From Podarcis liolepis (taxonomy: Eukaryota): 64,000 nucleotides of DNA. Positions 1-15,004 of the stretch are shown piece after piece. The stretch lies in NCBI GenBank assembly GCA_965112155.1, contig OZ218103.1; one strand, given 5' to 3'. Every line of letters begins with the position of its first letter. The stretch's first letter is position 1. The notes beneath the pieces are model-generated. The model was not told where the DNA came from. It worked only from the letters and a program-made list of their open reading frames with translations, and did no database searches. The position numbers and the translations under genes were made by a program.

Positions 1-177
1 CTGAAGCATTCAAATTAGGAATGGTGGTGATGGAGGACAACGCTTGTTCAGTCTCTGTAGCCAAAATTCCTAAACATTCAAACAAAACCCATGAGTTAGA
101 TTTGATATGTTTACTTCAGTTCAAATGTAGATATTTTCGTAGCAAAATGCCTGTAACTATTCTTCTACATTGTTTAG

Positions 178-387
178 GCCACAGCCCAGATGGAGGAACG
201 GCTGGCCGAGTTTATTGCATCCAGCGCACCAGAGAACGTTCTACAACTAGCAGATGGGGTCCTAAGTTTCATTCACCATCAAGTTATTGAATTGGCCAGA
301 GACTGCTTGGATAAATCACGTGAAGGACTTATTACTTCTCGGTACTTTTATGAGTTGCAGGAAAACCTTGAGAAGCTCCTACAAGAT
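178..387 (+). CDS. MAST2: MAST2 coding exon (first in window; DUF1908 region, [12 protein letters not shown]...LEKLLQD)
   Basis: tttag|GCC acceptor, GAT|gtaagt donor; 210 nt, phase 0/0; translation matches MAST DUF1908. Confidence 0.95.
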
Positions 388-3300
388 GTAAGTATTTAAT
401 TCACAGGCTATCAGCTTCAGCCTGCCTTGCTGTAACCTGAAATAATTCACATGGCAACCCTCCACATAGTGCAGGCTACATCCACAAAACACAGGGGCAA
501 ACAGGATGCACCATACAGGTGCTTCAGAGCAACACCCCACCCCAGTTAATTCAAGCCATAGTCCATCTAAATGGAGAAGAAAACGTTTGCTTCATTCAAA
601 TAGTGAGAGGATTATTTATACCTAATGTGTGAAATTAATTTTATCTGTTAGATTTAAGTAGCTTTTGATGCTATGGTTTTATTTTGTATTTAAATTGTTT
701 ATATTTTAACTATCGGAGGCACCCAGTGAATATTATGTAATGAGGTGTTGTGCCATAAATAAATGAGTAGAGTTTACCACATTTATTCAGATCTATATTT
801 ATTAACCTCCCTTTGTTTCTGAACTGTCCTTCTACAGGGGGAGCCAATGAGATTTGAGTTGTCAGGGGGAGCTGCTACTTGCTAACCCCCCCCCCCCCAA
901 ATTGGCCACCTCTACAAAAGAAGGCATGAAGATTAGGTAGTGGGAAGAAATATATTTGGGATAAATGTTAATGTACCTGAAAGGAGCAGGATAAAGGAGA
1001 GTCTGTAGGATTCCTGTTACAAAGAAAAGCGAGACACTCCTATTTTCCCTCCTCTTCTTTCTTTGCTCTAAAAATACTGGCCTCCAAGTTTATTATGTAC
1101 ATACCCTCCTGCATAGTCTACCTTCTGTTATGACTGGATACATCCCAGATTTCTCATAACAAAGTCTCTGTTTATCACAAACTCAGGGTTTATTTTAAAC
1201 CAGTCAATTGTAGAAAGAATCAGCCATGTAGGTGTACTATATTCTTGGTTGAAGATGTACGAATACAGTCCAATTAGGCACTCTTAATTTGTAGGTCTCA
1301 TTGAAAGGCCTAAACATATGCTGAAATCAGTCATAGATGAAAGCACTTGATTGTGGTGGGACTGCATCTAGCGTTTGTAAAATCTCCCAAACACCATTTA
1401 CTACAAATGGAAATGTTGGACTACTATCATCTCTTACCATGCTGGCTGGAATTAATGTGAGCTGGAGTCTGACAAAATCTGGGGAGGGGGGTCATGAGTT
1501 CTCAAGCCCTGCTTGATTTAGACTGAACAGTTAACCTTTTCTTCTAAAACTGTATTGTTATATAGGATTTATTTGAAAGTTTGGGGAAATGCGACTAGAA
1601 TTTGATTATATTTTATGAAAACACATGAGTCAGAATTTTGGAAACAAAAACTTACTATATATGCATTGAAATTAGCTTTGTTAACTGAAGGATAATAAAA
1701 ATTGAGAATTAAGAAAAGTAATAACCTTCCCACTGAATTACTAGAAAGCATGAAATGCATACACATTTGACTTTGAAAACAAACAAAGAAGAAACAATTG
1801 AAAAACTTGCAGATACAGCAAAGCCACAGAGGTGTTAGTAAGTTTATATCAGTAGTTGCTTGTGTTGCCCACTTAACCTGAAATCCCGATTAAAGTTGCT
1901 GTTCTTAATAGGGTTTAAGTGCATTGGTTCTTGTATGGCTGGCTTGATCTATATCAGTATATTAGCTCAATTACAGAGTTGTGACTTGAATATCACTGCT
2001 GTTGGTCCTGCTAAACCCCAGGGGAGGACAGTGATTTTAATTTCATGCCCCAGTGGTTACAGTTAGTGACGGATGAGTCTTTCAGATAAGGGAATCACTT
2101 TGTAAATTGCCCATTGCTACCTCCAGTACATATGTCACTGGAAATGACTTCGTTTCTATAAACAAATGACACAAGCTTCAGCCCATAGCCCTTGTGGTTA
2201 CCCCACCCCCTTCCCTCAAGGAGGCGGGGGGACCTGAAATGACACCCGCAACCTTCAGACAAGCATGTTGTCATTGGGAGCTGCTAATTAGATGGCATGC
2301 ATCATACCAAGGGAAGGGAGGCAAACGATAGGCAGTTGTTTGGCATATAACCTATTCACTGAAGATGCAATAAAAGTGGGATGTCTTCTAAACAAGACAT
2401 TTGGAGAGATGTCGAGGCTATTGTGTGAAATACGGAAACAAGAAACAACGATTTTACTAAGGACTCTGGAGCTGCAGCACTGTGCAGATATCATGGCTGA
2501 GTGGCTGCTACAAGTTGTGTTCATTTTTGTGTTTATGTAATCTTGTTTCTAATTGTTGTGTTTTTAATTTCTACATAGCTTAACTTTTCAATACTCAGAG
2601 CAAATTACAAGTTGTAGTAAAACTTTCAATCTAATTCTAGATATAGCAGTTTTAAAAGTTGGTGAACGTTTTTATTAACGTAAATGGACATGATCGCATG
2701 GCAAACTTCTTAAAATCTGTTTTAAATAAAGCTAGTCCTTGTTGGTCTATGAAAATTGTTTTCAGTATTTAAAACATTGGTTTCCTTTCTGAATAATCAT
2801 ACTACCTCATATTATGTTTCAATGAGTTTATATATTAGGAGGAATGGTTTTTAAAAACTTTTAAATTTTTTTTTTACAAAATCCAAACTAAATCAATTAA
2901 AGGAATTGTACAGTTTCCTTTAATGGAATGTGAATTACAAATTCTGAAATACTTGGCATTGCAATATGTATCTATATATAGCATTAGTTTAAGAGATTTG
3001 AAATCTTTCCTGTGACATGTTGAGTGAAGGGCTTATGTACTGTGCATGCATACTCTAAACAGATATTGTAAGCAGAATTAGATCCAAATTTGTAAAAAGA
3101 ATTATATACCAAACAGTCATTCTAATATGTGAGCCAAATTAAGTAGTTGGTAATTTCCCCATAAACAACAGGGTGTGTATGTCTCTTCTTAAATGCATAC
3201 AGTAGTCTCTGTTTGCAGTTTGTGCCAATCTTATTTTTCCACATTCCTTAGTGATGCCAATGCTTTCTTAGTACTTGCCAGTGTATGAATTTTCATTTCT

Positions 3301-4243
3301 TTTCAGTAAACGTTAGCAAGCAATTTCTTTGTTACTTGTAGTTACCTGCACATTTCTTGATTAAATGCTTGTGTCTGCAAGCTGCTAAAAAGCTCAGGTT
3401 GTTTTTTTTTTTTGTCCCCCATATGGTCTTTGAAACCTGTTTCTGAGTATTAGTTATCATTCCAGTGAACATACCTGCAGTTCTGTTTAATTTCTCTGGA
3501 ATACTATGTCTTACATGTTCTTTGTATAGCTATTATTGTATTGAGCTAGGGTGATGGAAAAAAACATTCTTTTCTTTTCTTGTAAAATGTGCACAGAAGA
3601 TTTAGTGGACCAACAAAATGCTGACTGTCCCAGTGTTTGAATATTATGTCATCAATCAACAAATAAAAACATTCGACTGAACCAGTCCATGTGGCTTTAT
3701 AATGTATAGATACTATTTGTACTATGACATTAATAATAAAATATTGATGGCATTCTGCACGCAACTCTATAGACACCTTGTTCAGCTTACTATTTCCTTT
3801 TGGGCCTATTTTTGTGTGCACTGCAGTTTGTTTAATGTCTTCATGGAAGAATTATAAAATAGAGTATCTTTGAGAGTGGAAGTGAAAAAAACAACACAAA
3901 GAAAAGTCAATGTCAAGTAAATCTTGAAATAAAAACCTATTTTGGCATAGAAAAAAAATCAATGTATAATTAATTAACACTCTTTTTTGAAAGAAAGATA
4001 ACCCTTTAAAAAGTTTCCAGTGAGTTTACTGTGAATAAACCTTCTGCAATATTGTTTGTGAATTGGCAGAGAATATTTTAGTGTCAAAACTTTGGCAACA
4101 CAGAACTTGAAAAAAGGAAAAGGCTGCCTTTCTTCTATCATGCCTTCAGTGAATTATAGCTAAATAGCTGATGATAGCTACTCTACTTGATTTATGAGGG
4201 ACCAATTCTTTGTTTAAACCATGATGTGACATCCTTTCCACAG

Positions 4244-4345
4244 GCTCACGAGCGATCAGAGAGCTCAGAAGTGGCATTTGTTACCCAGTTAGTGAAGAAG
4301 TTGATGATAATCATTGCACGGCCAGCACGATTGCTAGAATGTCTG
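4244..4345 (+). CDS. MAST2: MAST2 coding exon ([12 protein letters not shown]...PARLLECL)
   Basis: cacag|GCT, CTG|gtaagt; 102 nt; conserved MAST motif [13 protein letters not shown]. Confidence 0.95.
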
Positions 4346-5817
4346 GTAAGTAAAAAGTGTTTTTTAGGAGGTGTAGCAATATATTGTTTGATGACTATGA
4401 AATGTAATTCCAGTGGACTCTTAACAGATTTTACCAACTGATAATGCATACAACAAGATAGGCTCTGAAAGAGCATACATTAGGAAAGACTTGGTGGTTC
4501 TGTGAGAAGTACATAGTTCTATAGAAGTACACTGGCTATTACGTTGTTTTAAGTGTTTCTCTGCAGAATAGACCTTACCAGTTTTTAATTAGTCATTATG
4601 CACAGGTAATGATAATAGATGCAGACTAGAAGACCGTGGAATGACTCTTCATGTCCAGCAGGAGATTTGATTGTTCTCTCCTGGAACAGCATCATGGCAA
4701 GTCACTTTGGATAACATGGGTAATTCCAAGCATGTGTTAGGCTGTGGCCTTGGAGAAGCTGTTTAGGATGAGAAGCTGCAAGTTTTGGAATGTATTGCAA
4801 ATTTATGCATGCACATAAAGGGTCTCTGTAGGTTGTGGATCATGCCCATAGAAGCATGGTGATACAGGAAAACTTGCTAAGTTTCACAACAGATACTAAC
4901 TGTGCCAACTAGTTTCATTGTTAGGAATTTTCTTCTTAAAAAAAATCCTTGTACAACATGTAGCAACATTAATTAATTAAGCAGCTTAGAAATTTACATT
5001 TTTAGAACTAGAGCAGGCAGTGCCTTTATAGTCCAATTGCAGTCTTTAAAATGCAGTATATTTCATACTTAAAAGACTCCCTTGCCAGGTGCATGTCTAG
5101 GTCTGAATTCTTCAAGGAAGCAGACTCTAGATGTTTGCTAGACATGTTTCCCACTGCATGCCGGCCCCTACCATACTTAGGCAATGGTTGCAATATTAAA
5201 TGTAAGTAATGGCTGTAGTTTAGCTGAGTTGATAAGCTTCCGCAGTTAACAATATGTGAAGTTCTGTTAAAATGGGGTGCTTGAACTGAAGCAGTTAAAA
5301 TCAGCTCTGGGCCTGCAGACTCCCAGGTGAGGTGGCAATCAACAGGGCAATTACATGCAACAGTGGGAGAAGTTATGGGCAAGTAGGGCAAGTATTCATC
5401 TGTGGTGAGTGTGCCTCCAAGTAGTTTCTGGGGAATCATCAGTTAATGCAGTTTATACTGCCTTAAGGTCCTCTTATTAATGTTGTAGCAGTGATCATTG
5501 TCTTCCATATTTGACACATAATAAGAAAGAACATTATGTTTGTTTAGCTATGATGCCATTGTACTTGTTGGGCCTTTTCTCTCATCTGAAATTTTATTTG
5601 TTTATTGATGTTTATGTTTGATACATGTGAGTAATGGTAACAATGCTTGCTGACTCCCAACTGCGGGCTTTGAATGGTAGACAACCATTTCATATTGCAG
5701 ACTGTCGTATGGAGGACTGCTGTGTATTTGCCAAAAGTCGTCTTGGTGCATGGAATTTATTTATTTCACTTATAGCCCACCTGTCTGCCAGTTTACAAAT
5801 CTTTGGATCCTGACTAC

Positions 5818-5950
5818 NNNNNNNNNNNNNNNNNNNNNNNNNNNNNNNNNNNNNNNNNNNNNNNNNNNNNNNNNNNNNNNNNNNNNNNNNNNNNNNNNNN
5901 NNNNNNNNNNNNNNNNNNNNNNNNNNNNNNNNNNNNNNNNNNNNNNNNNN
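5818..5950. other. Assembly gap (133 N) in a MAST2 intron
   Basis: Run of n; the flanking exons are phase-compatible, so no coding exon needs to be hidden in it. Confidence 0.99.
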
Positions 5951-7663
5951 TTCAATTACAAAAAATCCAATGTATGTAGAAAAAATAAAGCATTGTTTAC
6001 TTGATTAAACATTTGGGGGAAAGTGCACTATCAGAGTAATACACGTGGAACAAAATGTAATGCATTTCTTCAAAAAGTTGGTCACTATGATGTGTTCATA
6101 TCATGGTGCTTGTTTGTGAAGTCCATCTGAAAAGTGATATTTAAATAAATAATTGTTCTTCTGCCATTTGATCCCCCCCCCCAATGTCTAAACAAGGTTG
6201 CTTCTGGAAGGTTCTTAATTGGACTGGTCTTTAGTTAAAATTAGGTGATAAGGTTTGCAATGTGTACCAGTTTCCCTCATCCTTTTGAAAAGAGAATGGA
6301 AGCAGGTGTATGCAGTAACATCTCAGAGATCTGAGTAATAAATTCCAAAGGCTGTTGTGACAGTCATGTAAATAATGTGGCAAGATCCCAGATTATAAAG
6401 TACATGACGTTTCTAATTTAGCTGTTGCTCTAGTATCCAACCTCTTTTATATATCCATAATTTTTGTGGCTTACTTTACCATGTAAGCCTAGTGATAGTT
6501 TCACATTATCTATTATGAATATAAAATTTAGTAGTAGGTGTCTTACTCTCACTACTATTGATTTCTTGTAACAAAACAGCATCTGGTTTTATTTGCCTTA
6601 ACTTTATGGGCACCGTAGACAGATAGATGAACTCTTAAATGCCCAGAATTGATTACTTCAGGTTGTTTCCTACAAAAGATACACTATCAGCAATGTGATT
6701 GACTTCCAAGATAAAATTATTGAACATATTAATCATTTATTTGTGCACTTCTAAAAGCAGTGTATTTTTATATGGGCATTTTAAATTTGCACAAATCTGC
6801 TGAATTAATCTCTTCATTCCATCTTTGATTTTTGTCAACTACTCGCTTTATTCTGATATACTGTATTGTCATTTTTCTTCATCCTCAGATATCTTTTCTC
6901 ATCACTGAATCTTGGGTTATGGGATTTATACATAAACTCCTAGTATTGCACTGTATATTATGTCCTAACAGTCCTTTTACGGGTTTTGTGCACCACCCTT
7001 CTTTCTTGTTGGCTTATGCTTTCAGATTAAACACTGCACTTTGAGGTCTATCCACATTTCTCAGTGGATAGAGCACTGCTAAAGATGGGCCTGGACTAAA
7101 ATCCCATCTCAGCCTGCTACACTTCCTGCAAAGGCTTGGACAAGTTTATGTAACTGTTCCCCATCCACAGAATGGGAATAAAAGGGCTTGTTTTGTCTCT
7201 TTTCTTTCTAATTATTGGGAATAGAGTGAGAAATGAATGTTACCATGATTATGAAAAGATAAAATGTCAAGCTCACATTATTTGCTCTCCCTGCTTATTA
7301 TGCTAGGAAATACTCGATGTGATGTTATAATTCTGATGTGTATAATCGCTTCTTCCTCCTGCCCCTTTTCTGTGTTGCCTTAAATTTTCCAAAGTAAAAA
7401 AATCACAGTAATCCCCAATAATCGTTGACTGGGGTTGGTTTTTTACATATTGTACTGTGTGCATATTGTACTAGTGTGAGATGAGCTGTGGGCTGCTGAA
7501 TTCAGTTCATAACTTGAATGTAGAAGGACCCACATGTTTATAAAAGTGTTTGTAAATGGCGTCTTTATTCTTATCATTCTTAAAATATCTCACCACCCAG
7601 AGTTATAGTCTTTTGCTTTGGGAACTGAATTAACCACTCTCCTCTTGTATTCTTCTGCTTTAG

Positions 7664-7796
7664 GAGTTTGATCCTGAAGAGTTCTACCATCTGCTAGAAG
7701 CTGCTGAAGGCCATGCCAAGGAAGGGGAAGGAATTAAATGTGACATCCCTCGTTATATTATTTGCCAGCTGGGACTCACCAGGGATCCCCTGGAGG
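7664..7796 (+). CDS. MAST2: MAST2 coding exon ([44 protein letters not shown])
   Basis: tttag|GAG, G|gtgagg; 133 nt; hand-translated (absent from ORF track); IKCDIPRY is MAST2-type. Confidence 0.95.
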
Positions 7797-8594
7797 GTGA
7801 GGACTTTCACTTTGCTTTCTTAGGACTATATAGAGCACAAGTAGGTTAAGAAACAGAAGCCCTCCTTGTTACCTCCAGTCGCAATCCCATGCATGTCTGC
7901 TCAGAAGTAAGTTCCACTGAGTTCAATGGAACTTACTTCTGTGTTTGTGAGTATAATATTGCAAGATTAGTCTGAGGGCTGATTCACACATTAAGAAATA
8001 CAGTGGTTGTGTATTAAGTGTGAGAGGTAAACTGTTTTTTTTTAAAAAATGTTTATATACAGTAATTGCATAGTGAGTGAGAGCTACAGTTATCACCAGG
8101 TGCCCACAAAGTATTTCAAAAGGTGGTTTCCTTTGCGGGGTGCATGCAGTGTACACAGTAACATCATAATGTGTAGCATGGCCCTGGGTGGCACATCTTT
8201 GACTGACGTATTTTCCATCTTCAGCATTCAGTGCTCTCCAGCTTCCAGGTAAATGGTGACTTTTCTGATGTACTGTTTGCTCATCAGAATCTTTGAGATG
8301 AAATGGACACTTTTGTAAAATTGTGAAATTATTGCTTTAACCCTAAATAAACACACATGTTGCAATTCGTTTGTTTAAATGTTCTGGAGAAACTTTTGAT
8401 TAAAGAATCCTGCTATGAAAAAATATTATGAACCACCACCTTCTTCCACCTGACGCCTTCAGATTTTGGCCACATACTCTTGAGTATGGAGAACCGTGTG
8501 TCTTAGTTTGCATGTGGGTGAAGAAACTAGGTATGTGATCACCATATTGCATACTATTATAGACTAAGAGTGTGCATTTCTGGTTTCCCCCCAG

Positions 8595-8662
8595 AAATGG
8601 CCCAGCTGAACAGCTTTGATAGTCCAGACACTCCAGAGACAGATGATTCTACTGAGGGAAAG
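8595..8662 (+). CDS. MAST2: MAST2 coding exon (EMAQLNSFDSPDTPETDDSTEGK)
   Basis: cccag|AA ATG, AAG|gtactg; 68 nt, phase 1 in and phase 0 out, matching its neighbours. Confidence 0.88.
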
Positions 8663-9131
8663 GTACTGAGTTAAAGGATCACTTTTAATCATATAATAGC
8701 AGGTCTGTAATATAGTCATTCTGTGTTAATAGGGTATTATTAAAGTCTAAATTGTGTATGGATGTAATCATTTCTGTTCATGAAGATACCTGAATGCTCT
8801 ATATTTAAAAAGGAGATTAAAATTTTAAACTCTTCTACTGCCCCGCCTCCCAATGCATGGACATACATGATGTGTTTCAGTCAGAAACAGTAAGAATTGC
8901 TCCAGTCTTTCTCTGGATAATATCAGTAAAGAGCTACAAAAGTGTATGTTAAATTGTTGAGATAAAACAGGGTAGAACAAAGTTTAAGAATAGAGATTTT
9001 AGAAGCACAGTGAAACCATTTAAAGATGCTTCCAAAGCAGATTTGGTTGTGATTGGCTTTGGACTTAAATAGATGTATTTTTAAAAGATTAACATTAAAA
9101 GGAGAGTGAAAAGTATTTCTGGTGTTTTCAG

Positions 9132-9217
9132 AGTCGGGGAGCCACTGTGCAAGCCAAGAAAACTCCATCTGAAGAGGAATTTGAAACAATTAAGCTAATC
9201 AGTAATGGTGCATATGG
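9132..9217 (+). CDS. MAST2: MAST2 coding exon, kinase N-lobe start ([29 protein letters not shown])
   Basis: ttcag|AGT, GG|gtaagg; 86 nt; MAST-type Gly-rich loop SNGAYG. Confidence 0.95.
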
Positions 9218-9643
9218 GTAAGGATATAAGATTATGTCTAGCCATTGAAAGAAATTCATTTGAAGTTAACCGTGAGTCATAAATGACAGTGATTCAGGAG
9301 ATCTGTAGCTATAGCTCCTGATATTTGTACTTTAAACCCACTGCTGAGGGAAAGTAAGTTTGTCAGATTTGATTGAAACCATGCTGCCCCACTGTGCTGT
9401 TTTCGTGATCTCTCTGTGGTATCCCCAGAGTAGAAGCACATTCAGCCCCCCCCCAACTGCTTTAAAGTTAAACAACCATGTTTGAAGATCCCATATTGCA
9501 CCTGTTTCAGCTCAAACATTGAGAAGTTCCACTACTCTTTGTTCCCTGTGGCCCTGAATAAAATAGGGGGGAAGTATGAAATTAATTTTGATCACTAAAT
9601 TTGGGAGGGGGGACATATTCAACAGTTTTGCTTGAAACCTTTC

Positions 9644-10078
9644 TGTAATGAATATAGGGGTTGCTCGTGCGTAAGTTGCCGCCACTCCTGGCTATGTTGC
9701 CTTGTTAAACCTTTTCTGTCTGGACAGCCCTTCACTTTGTGGCTGCCTCAGTTGCTAGCAGAATCCGTCAGTGGGCGTTTCTTAAACCTTTTCCAGCATA
9801 AAAGCTGTTTGACGCCAAGTCTCCTCCTACTCTCCCTGCGCAGAAGTCTTCTGCGCAGGGAGGGTGTGGGTAGCGGAGGACCCGTGCTCTCCCCACTGGC
9901 GTCCAGTGAAGAGTCCTGGAGCCCTCTCGCCGATTCCCCCATCAGCCCCTCTATATCCCTGGTGTTGCGCTGATTTCCTTCCCCAGCTGACAAGCTGCCT
10001 CTCTTCCTGATGGGTCCCTCTCCAGCATCACTTGGGAGCCTTCCCTCCGCCTCTGGCTCCGATGTCAGTTCCCTGACA
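9644..10078 (-). mobile_element. Solo LTR (probably Gypsy-type) in a MAST2 intron
   Basis: TGT...ACA ends; perfect 5-bp TSD CTTTC (9639-9643, 10079-10083); 435 bp GC-rich block in an AT-rich intron. Strand inferred from the open frame. Confidence 0.85.
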
Positions 10079-10561
10079 CTTTCAATAATTGTTTTTTAAC
10101 TTGGTAAGATTTTAAAAGATTTCATATATATTTGCATTCTAAACATTTTATAAAGGACTGGAGATGAGTTGATCAGCTACTCTTGTTATGCTGTGCTGAT
10201 AATTTCCCCCCAGTTACTTGTGAAATATTCTCTGTGTAATGTGACACAGCAGTCTCTTTGAAAGAAAAGGAAATTGGCCTGATTATTCAAAAGAATTGGA
10301 AAATGTTGATATTATAATGATAAGTGTGAACACATTTGATTATAGAAGTCATGTTTCTTATAGATGAACATTACACAAAGATCAGACAGAAACTATGACT
10401 TGTTGCTCTCACCCATTATTAATTTGAGGCAGAACTGAGATCTTATATATATATTTATCATTGCAGAAGGAGCACGGCAAGAAAAATTAGTTGTTCCTTG
10501 TGCTTCATTTTCTGTTTCTTCATATCTTTATCATCTAATCCAATAAGTGAATCCTGAATAA

Positions 10562-10858
<297 letters not shown>

Positions 10859-12308
10859 TAGAATTCATCTTGTCACAATAATGATCTTACATATTGACCA
10901 GAAAGTGGTAGACTTGCATGGTGCTTTCCAGTATTCTCAAAAGTGTCCCATAGGTGCCATCTTAGAGGATGGAATAATAAATCCACTATGTGCCACAAAG
11001 GTTTTAACCTTGAGTGGAGATGGGCATTCTCTTGAGGTGGTCCTGTTCATCATGGACTAGTTAGCCATGTTTGCTCTTGAAACCATAGGTACTGGTATCT
11101 GACTTAAGGGTCATGTGAAAGAAATAAGAAATTGCAGAATGTTCACAGCGGAATGAATTGAATATACTCCTACACTATATTCTTTTCCATAGGGAAACAG
11201 CCATGGAATTTGAGGCTGGCTAATAACTATAGTACTATCCATACAGAATTAAGTGTAATGATGCTTGGCAGAGTCTGTCACTTGAGGAATAATTAAAATT
11301 AGTCAAATATCTGCAATCAGTGTCCCCTTATTTCTTAGGTTTGCAGTTTTTTGTAGTGTTCTAAAATTCCAAGTTGTGCAACATCCAGGAGGGGTTTTTA
11401 CCTAACTATATTTAATTTGAGAGTACTCACACGACAACTCCCACTCATGCCTTTAAAACCCACGAGTGCACTCACAGTGGGGCACTATCCAGACACTTTA
11501 GCTAGTGCAGAGAGAGGTTCTCACCCCTTCATAGACTGGGTTCTAGAAGGATACAATGTCAGTCTTCTGCTGCCTGTATAAGATTTTTTATTTGGGAAGG
11601 TCAAAATTTTGACTTGCACAACTCTTGGTGGATTGGACCCCAGCATTCTTAGCAGAGGTTCATGTCTCTTTTTGATGAACCAGAAGTATCCTCATTGCTT
11701 TTTTGTGTGTAAAGTGCGAACAGAAAAGCTACTGCAAGTCTGTTGCTCCATTTCTGTGCTGCTCCTTGTCCTTGGAGACTTGCAAAAGCCAGTGGTTTTT
11801 GTTTCGTTTTTAAGCACTGCAAGGTCTGTCATATTTTACCCAACAAGCACAGCTATTGTGGCTGGTGGTGCCATGAGCACTACAGATCAGTCATCCTCCT
11901 GTGCTTTCACTGTTGTGTATTACTATTTTGAAAAGTCTTTAGAAGCTAAGCCTGACATAGGATACCCATTGCTGTGGAGAGTGCTCACCTAAATGTAAAT
12001 ACATACACTACTACCTTCTCTCTACCAGCAATACACCACTGTTTTTCTTTCACCCCTTTTCTTTTTTTGTGTACTCATGGGAACTGCTCCTCAGTAGTAC
12101 ACGTTCATACTGGGAAAAGGGTTACAAGCCCAAGACTTCAGAACATTATGCCAGAAGCAGTGTATTGGAGCAAATCTTAGCCAGTATAAAGGAGGATATT
12201 ATTAAAATGTTGCACTGGCATATTGCAGTCTCGTACCCATAGCCACCTACCTGAGAATAAACCTCATTGAACTCAATAGAACTTATTTCTGAATAGATGT
12301 GTATCTGA

Positions 12309-12587
<279 letters not shown>

Positions 12588-13206
12588 TAGTCGCAGCTGT
12601 CCATGCTAAAAATAGTTATAGGAACGATGTGTGCCATTTCCCCCCCCTGCAATGGCAAGTTTTTATTATTATAATGTTCTTGTTACTGAGCTCTTTCTTT
12701 ACAGATGTCATTCTGTGCTTTTATTAGTGAAATATATTTGAAATATATTTAGGCAATTCATGATTGCCTAAATTTGAAGTGAGAGTTAGATTTTAAATAT
12801 AACAAAGTGGGGGGTCCCATTGTCCCTGTGCAGTGAGAAGTGCCTATACTTTAATAGCTGCTAAAAATGCAGAAAGGGCACAACTTTATAGCAGATATCT
12901 TGGCTCAAACTTTAATTTTAAATGTTTGTGTACAAAGTTGCTCAGAACTGAATCAGTAAGACATTAAAATGTTGCTGATCACTTTCATGCCCAGCTAAAG
13001 ATACTCATGCTGATCTTTACAGTCCTGTGTGGCCTGAAAGTCATCACATTGAGATCAGTAAGAGAGGCCCTGGTCAGTGTTTCCTCACTTAAGAGTGTGC
13101 CTTCATTGTGGAAGAGAGTAGAATTCTCTGCCTGTGGAAGTTTGCCTCTATACTATGTGGCAGTCAAGACTATAAATTAAGGACATTTTATCAAGTGTTT
13201 TGGTAG

Positions 13207-13401
<195 letters not shown>

Positions 13402-13911
13402 TGAAGTTTTCTTTTTGAAACATCTATAAATAATGGCACATGCTGTTCTTTAAGGAAGCCAGTAGCAAGTATGTGCCCTGCAGGTTTTGTGACACGTATC
13501 TCTTTGATCCACAGGTGGTATAATAAAATCCATATTTATTAAAGATTCCTAAGTATAGGGCAGTTACAGATACAGTTCCATTTGGACTGCAAAGCTACAT
13601 TCATGCTGATGACCCTTGTGTACATCTTCGAACATTTGAAAGTTAAAAATCCTTATATAATTTGTTCAAAGCCGTGGCACTATTGGACTTCTTAATGAAA
13701 TAAAACAGGAATATGAGTTGTCTTCATGGATGCATTTTATTTATGAAGAAAGCTTCAACTATAAAAGGACAAAAGTTTTGTTTTTAAAATCTTCTGAACC
13801 GTCTCAGGATAATTGCAGTAACTTTGTAACTCCTAATTGGCTTCGGTGTGGGGTTTTAAGTTTTCTAACATGAAGTTCCATTCTCTGGGATGCTTCCAGT
13901 AGGAAAGATAA

Positions 13912-14307
<396 letters not shown>

Positions 14308-14395
14308 TAGGGGGCAGAGAAGGCAATAAAAGTCTCATTCCTTGAGCAGAATACTGCATTTTTCTATTCTAATCCTATCAAACTAATTTATATAG

Positions 14396-14497
14396 ATGAA
14401 ATTGCCTGGCCAGAAGGAGATGATGCTTTACCACTAGATGCGCAGGACCTCATCGGTAAACTTCTCCGACAAAATCCTATGGAAAGGCTGGGAACAG
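14396..14497 (+). CDS. MAST2: MAST2 kinase exon (DEIAWPEGDDALPLDAQDLIGKLLRQNPMERLGT)
   Basis: tatag|AT, G|gtacaa; 102 nt. Confidence 0.94.
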
Positions 14498-14881
14498 GTA
14501 CAAACTCATTTTTATCAAAACGGTTGTGGGAAACTCTGAAATACAACCCCCAAACCTGCTAATTGCAAGGGGGGAGTATGGTGGCCATGCAGTTAACCTT
14601 CTCAGTGATCTGCTGTTTCCTCAGTCTTTGGCAGAATGGCCATTAAAAGTACATAGGGTTCTGCAGCAGAAATATGTCCTTACAAATGGGGAGCAAGAGC
14701 TGAATGGTGCAATTTCCCCCCCATTCCCTGACTTGTTCCCATCATAGCAATTGGGTCTTGCAGTTGAGCTCTACTTTGTTCTAACAGTAGACTGATGTTT
14801 AAACATTTTTCGAAGGGTAGACTTCCTGGCTTCATTTACTATGACATGGTTTAAGAATTCCTAACAATGTTGTCATTTCAG

Positions 14882-15004
14882 GGAGTGCTTTTGAGGTGAA
14901 GCAACACAGATTCTTCAAGGATTTGGACTGGAATGGATTACTCCGACAAAAGGCAGAATTTATTCCACAGTTAGAATCAGAAGATGACACAAGCTACTTT
15001 GACA
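14882..15004 (+). CDS. MAST2: MAST2 exon, kinase end and AGC C-tail ([12 protein letters not shown]...EDDTSYFD)
   Basis: ttcag|GG, A|gtaagg; 123 nt. Confidence 0.95.

Noticed and set aside
1566-4880. Intronic stretches (~1566-1840, 2292-2540, 3596-3920, 4640-4862) that read like decayed coding sequence
   Set aside because: Most have multiple stops, none gives a recognisable protein, and none is needed for the MAST2 frame; a BLASTX hit would be required to call a pseudogene.
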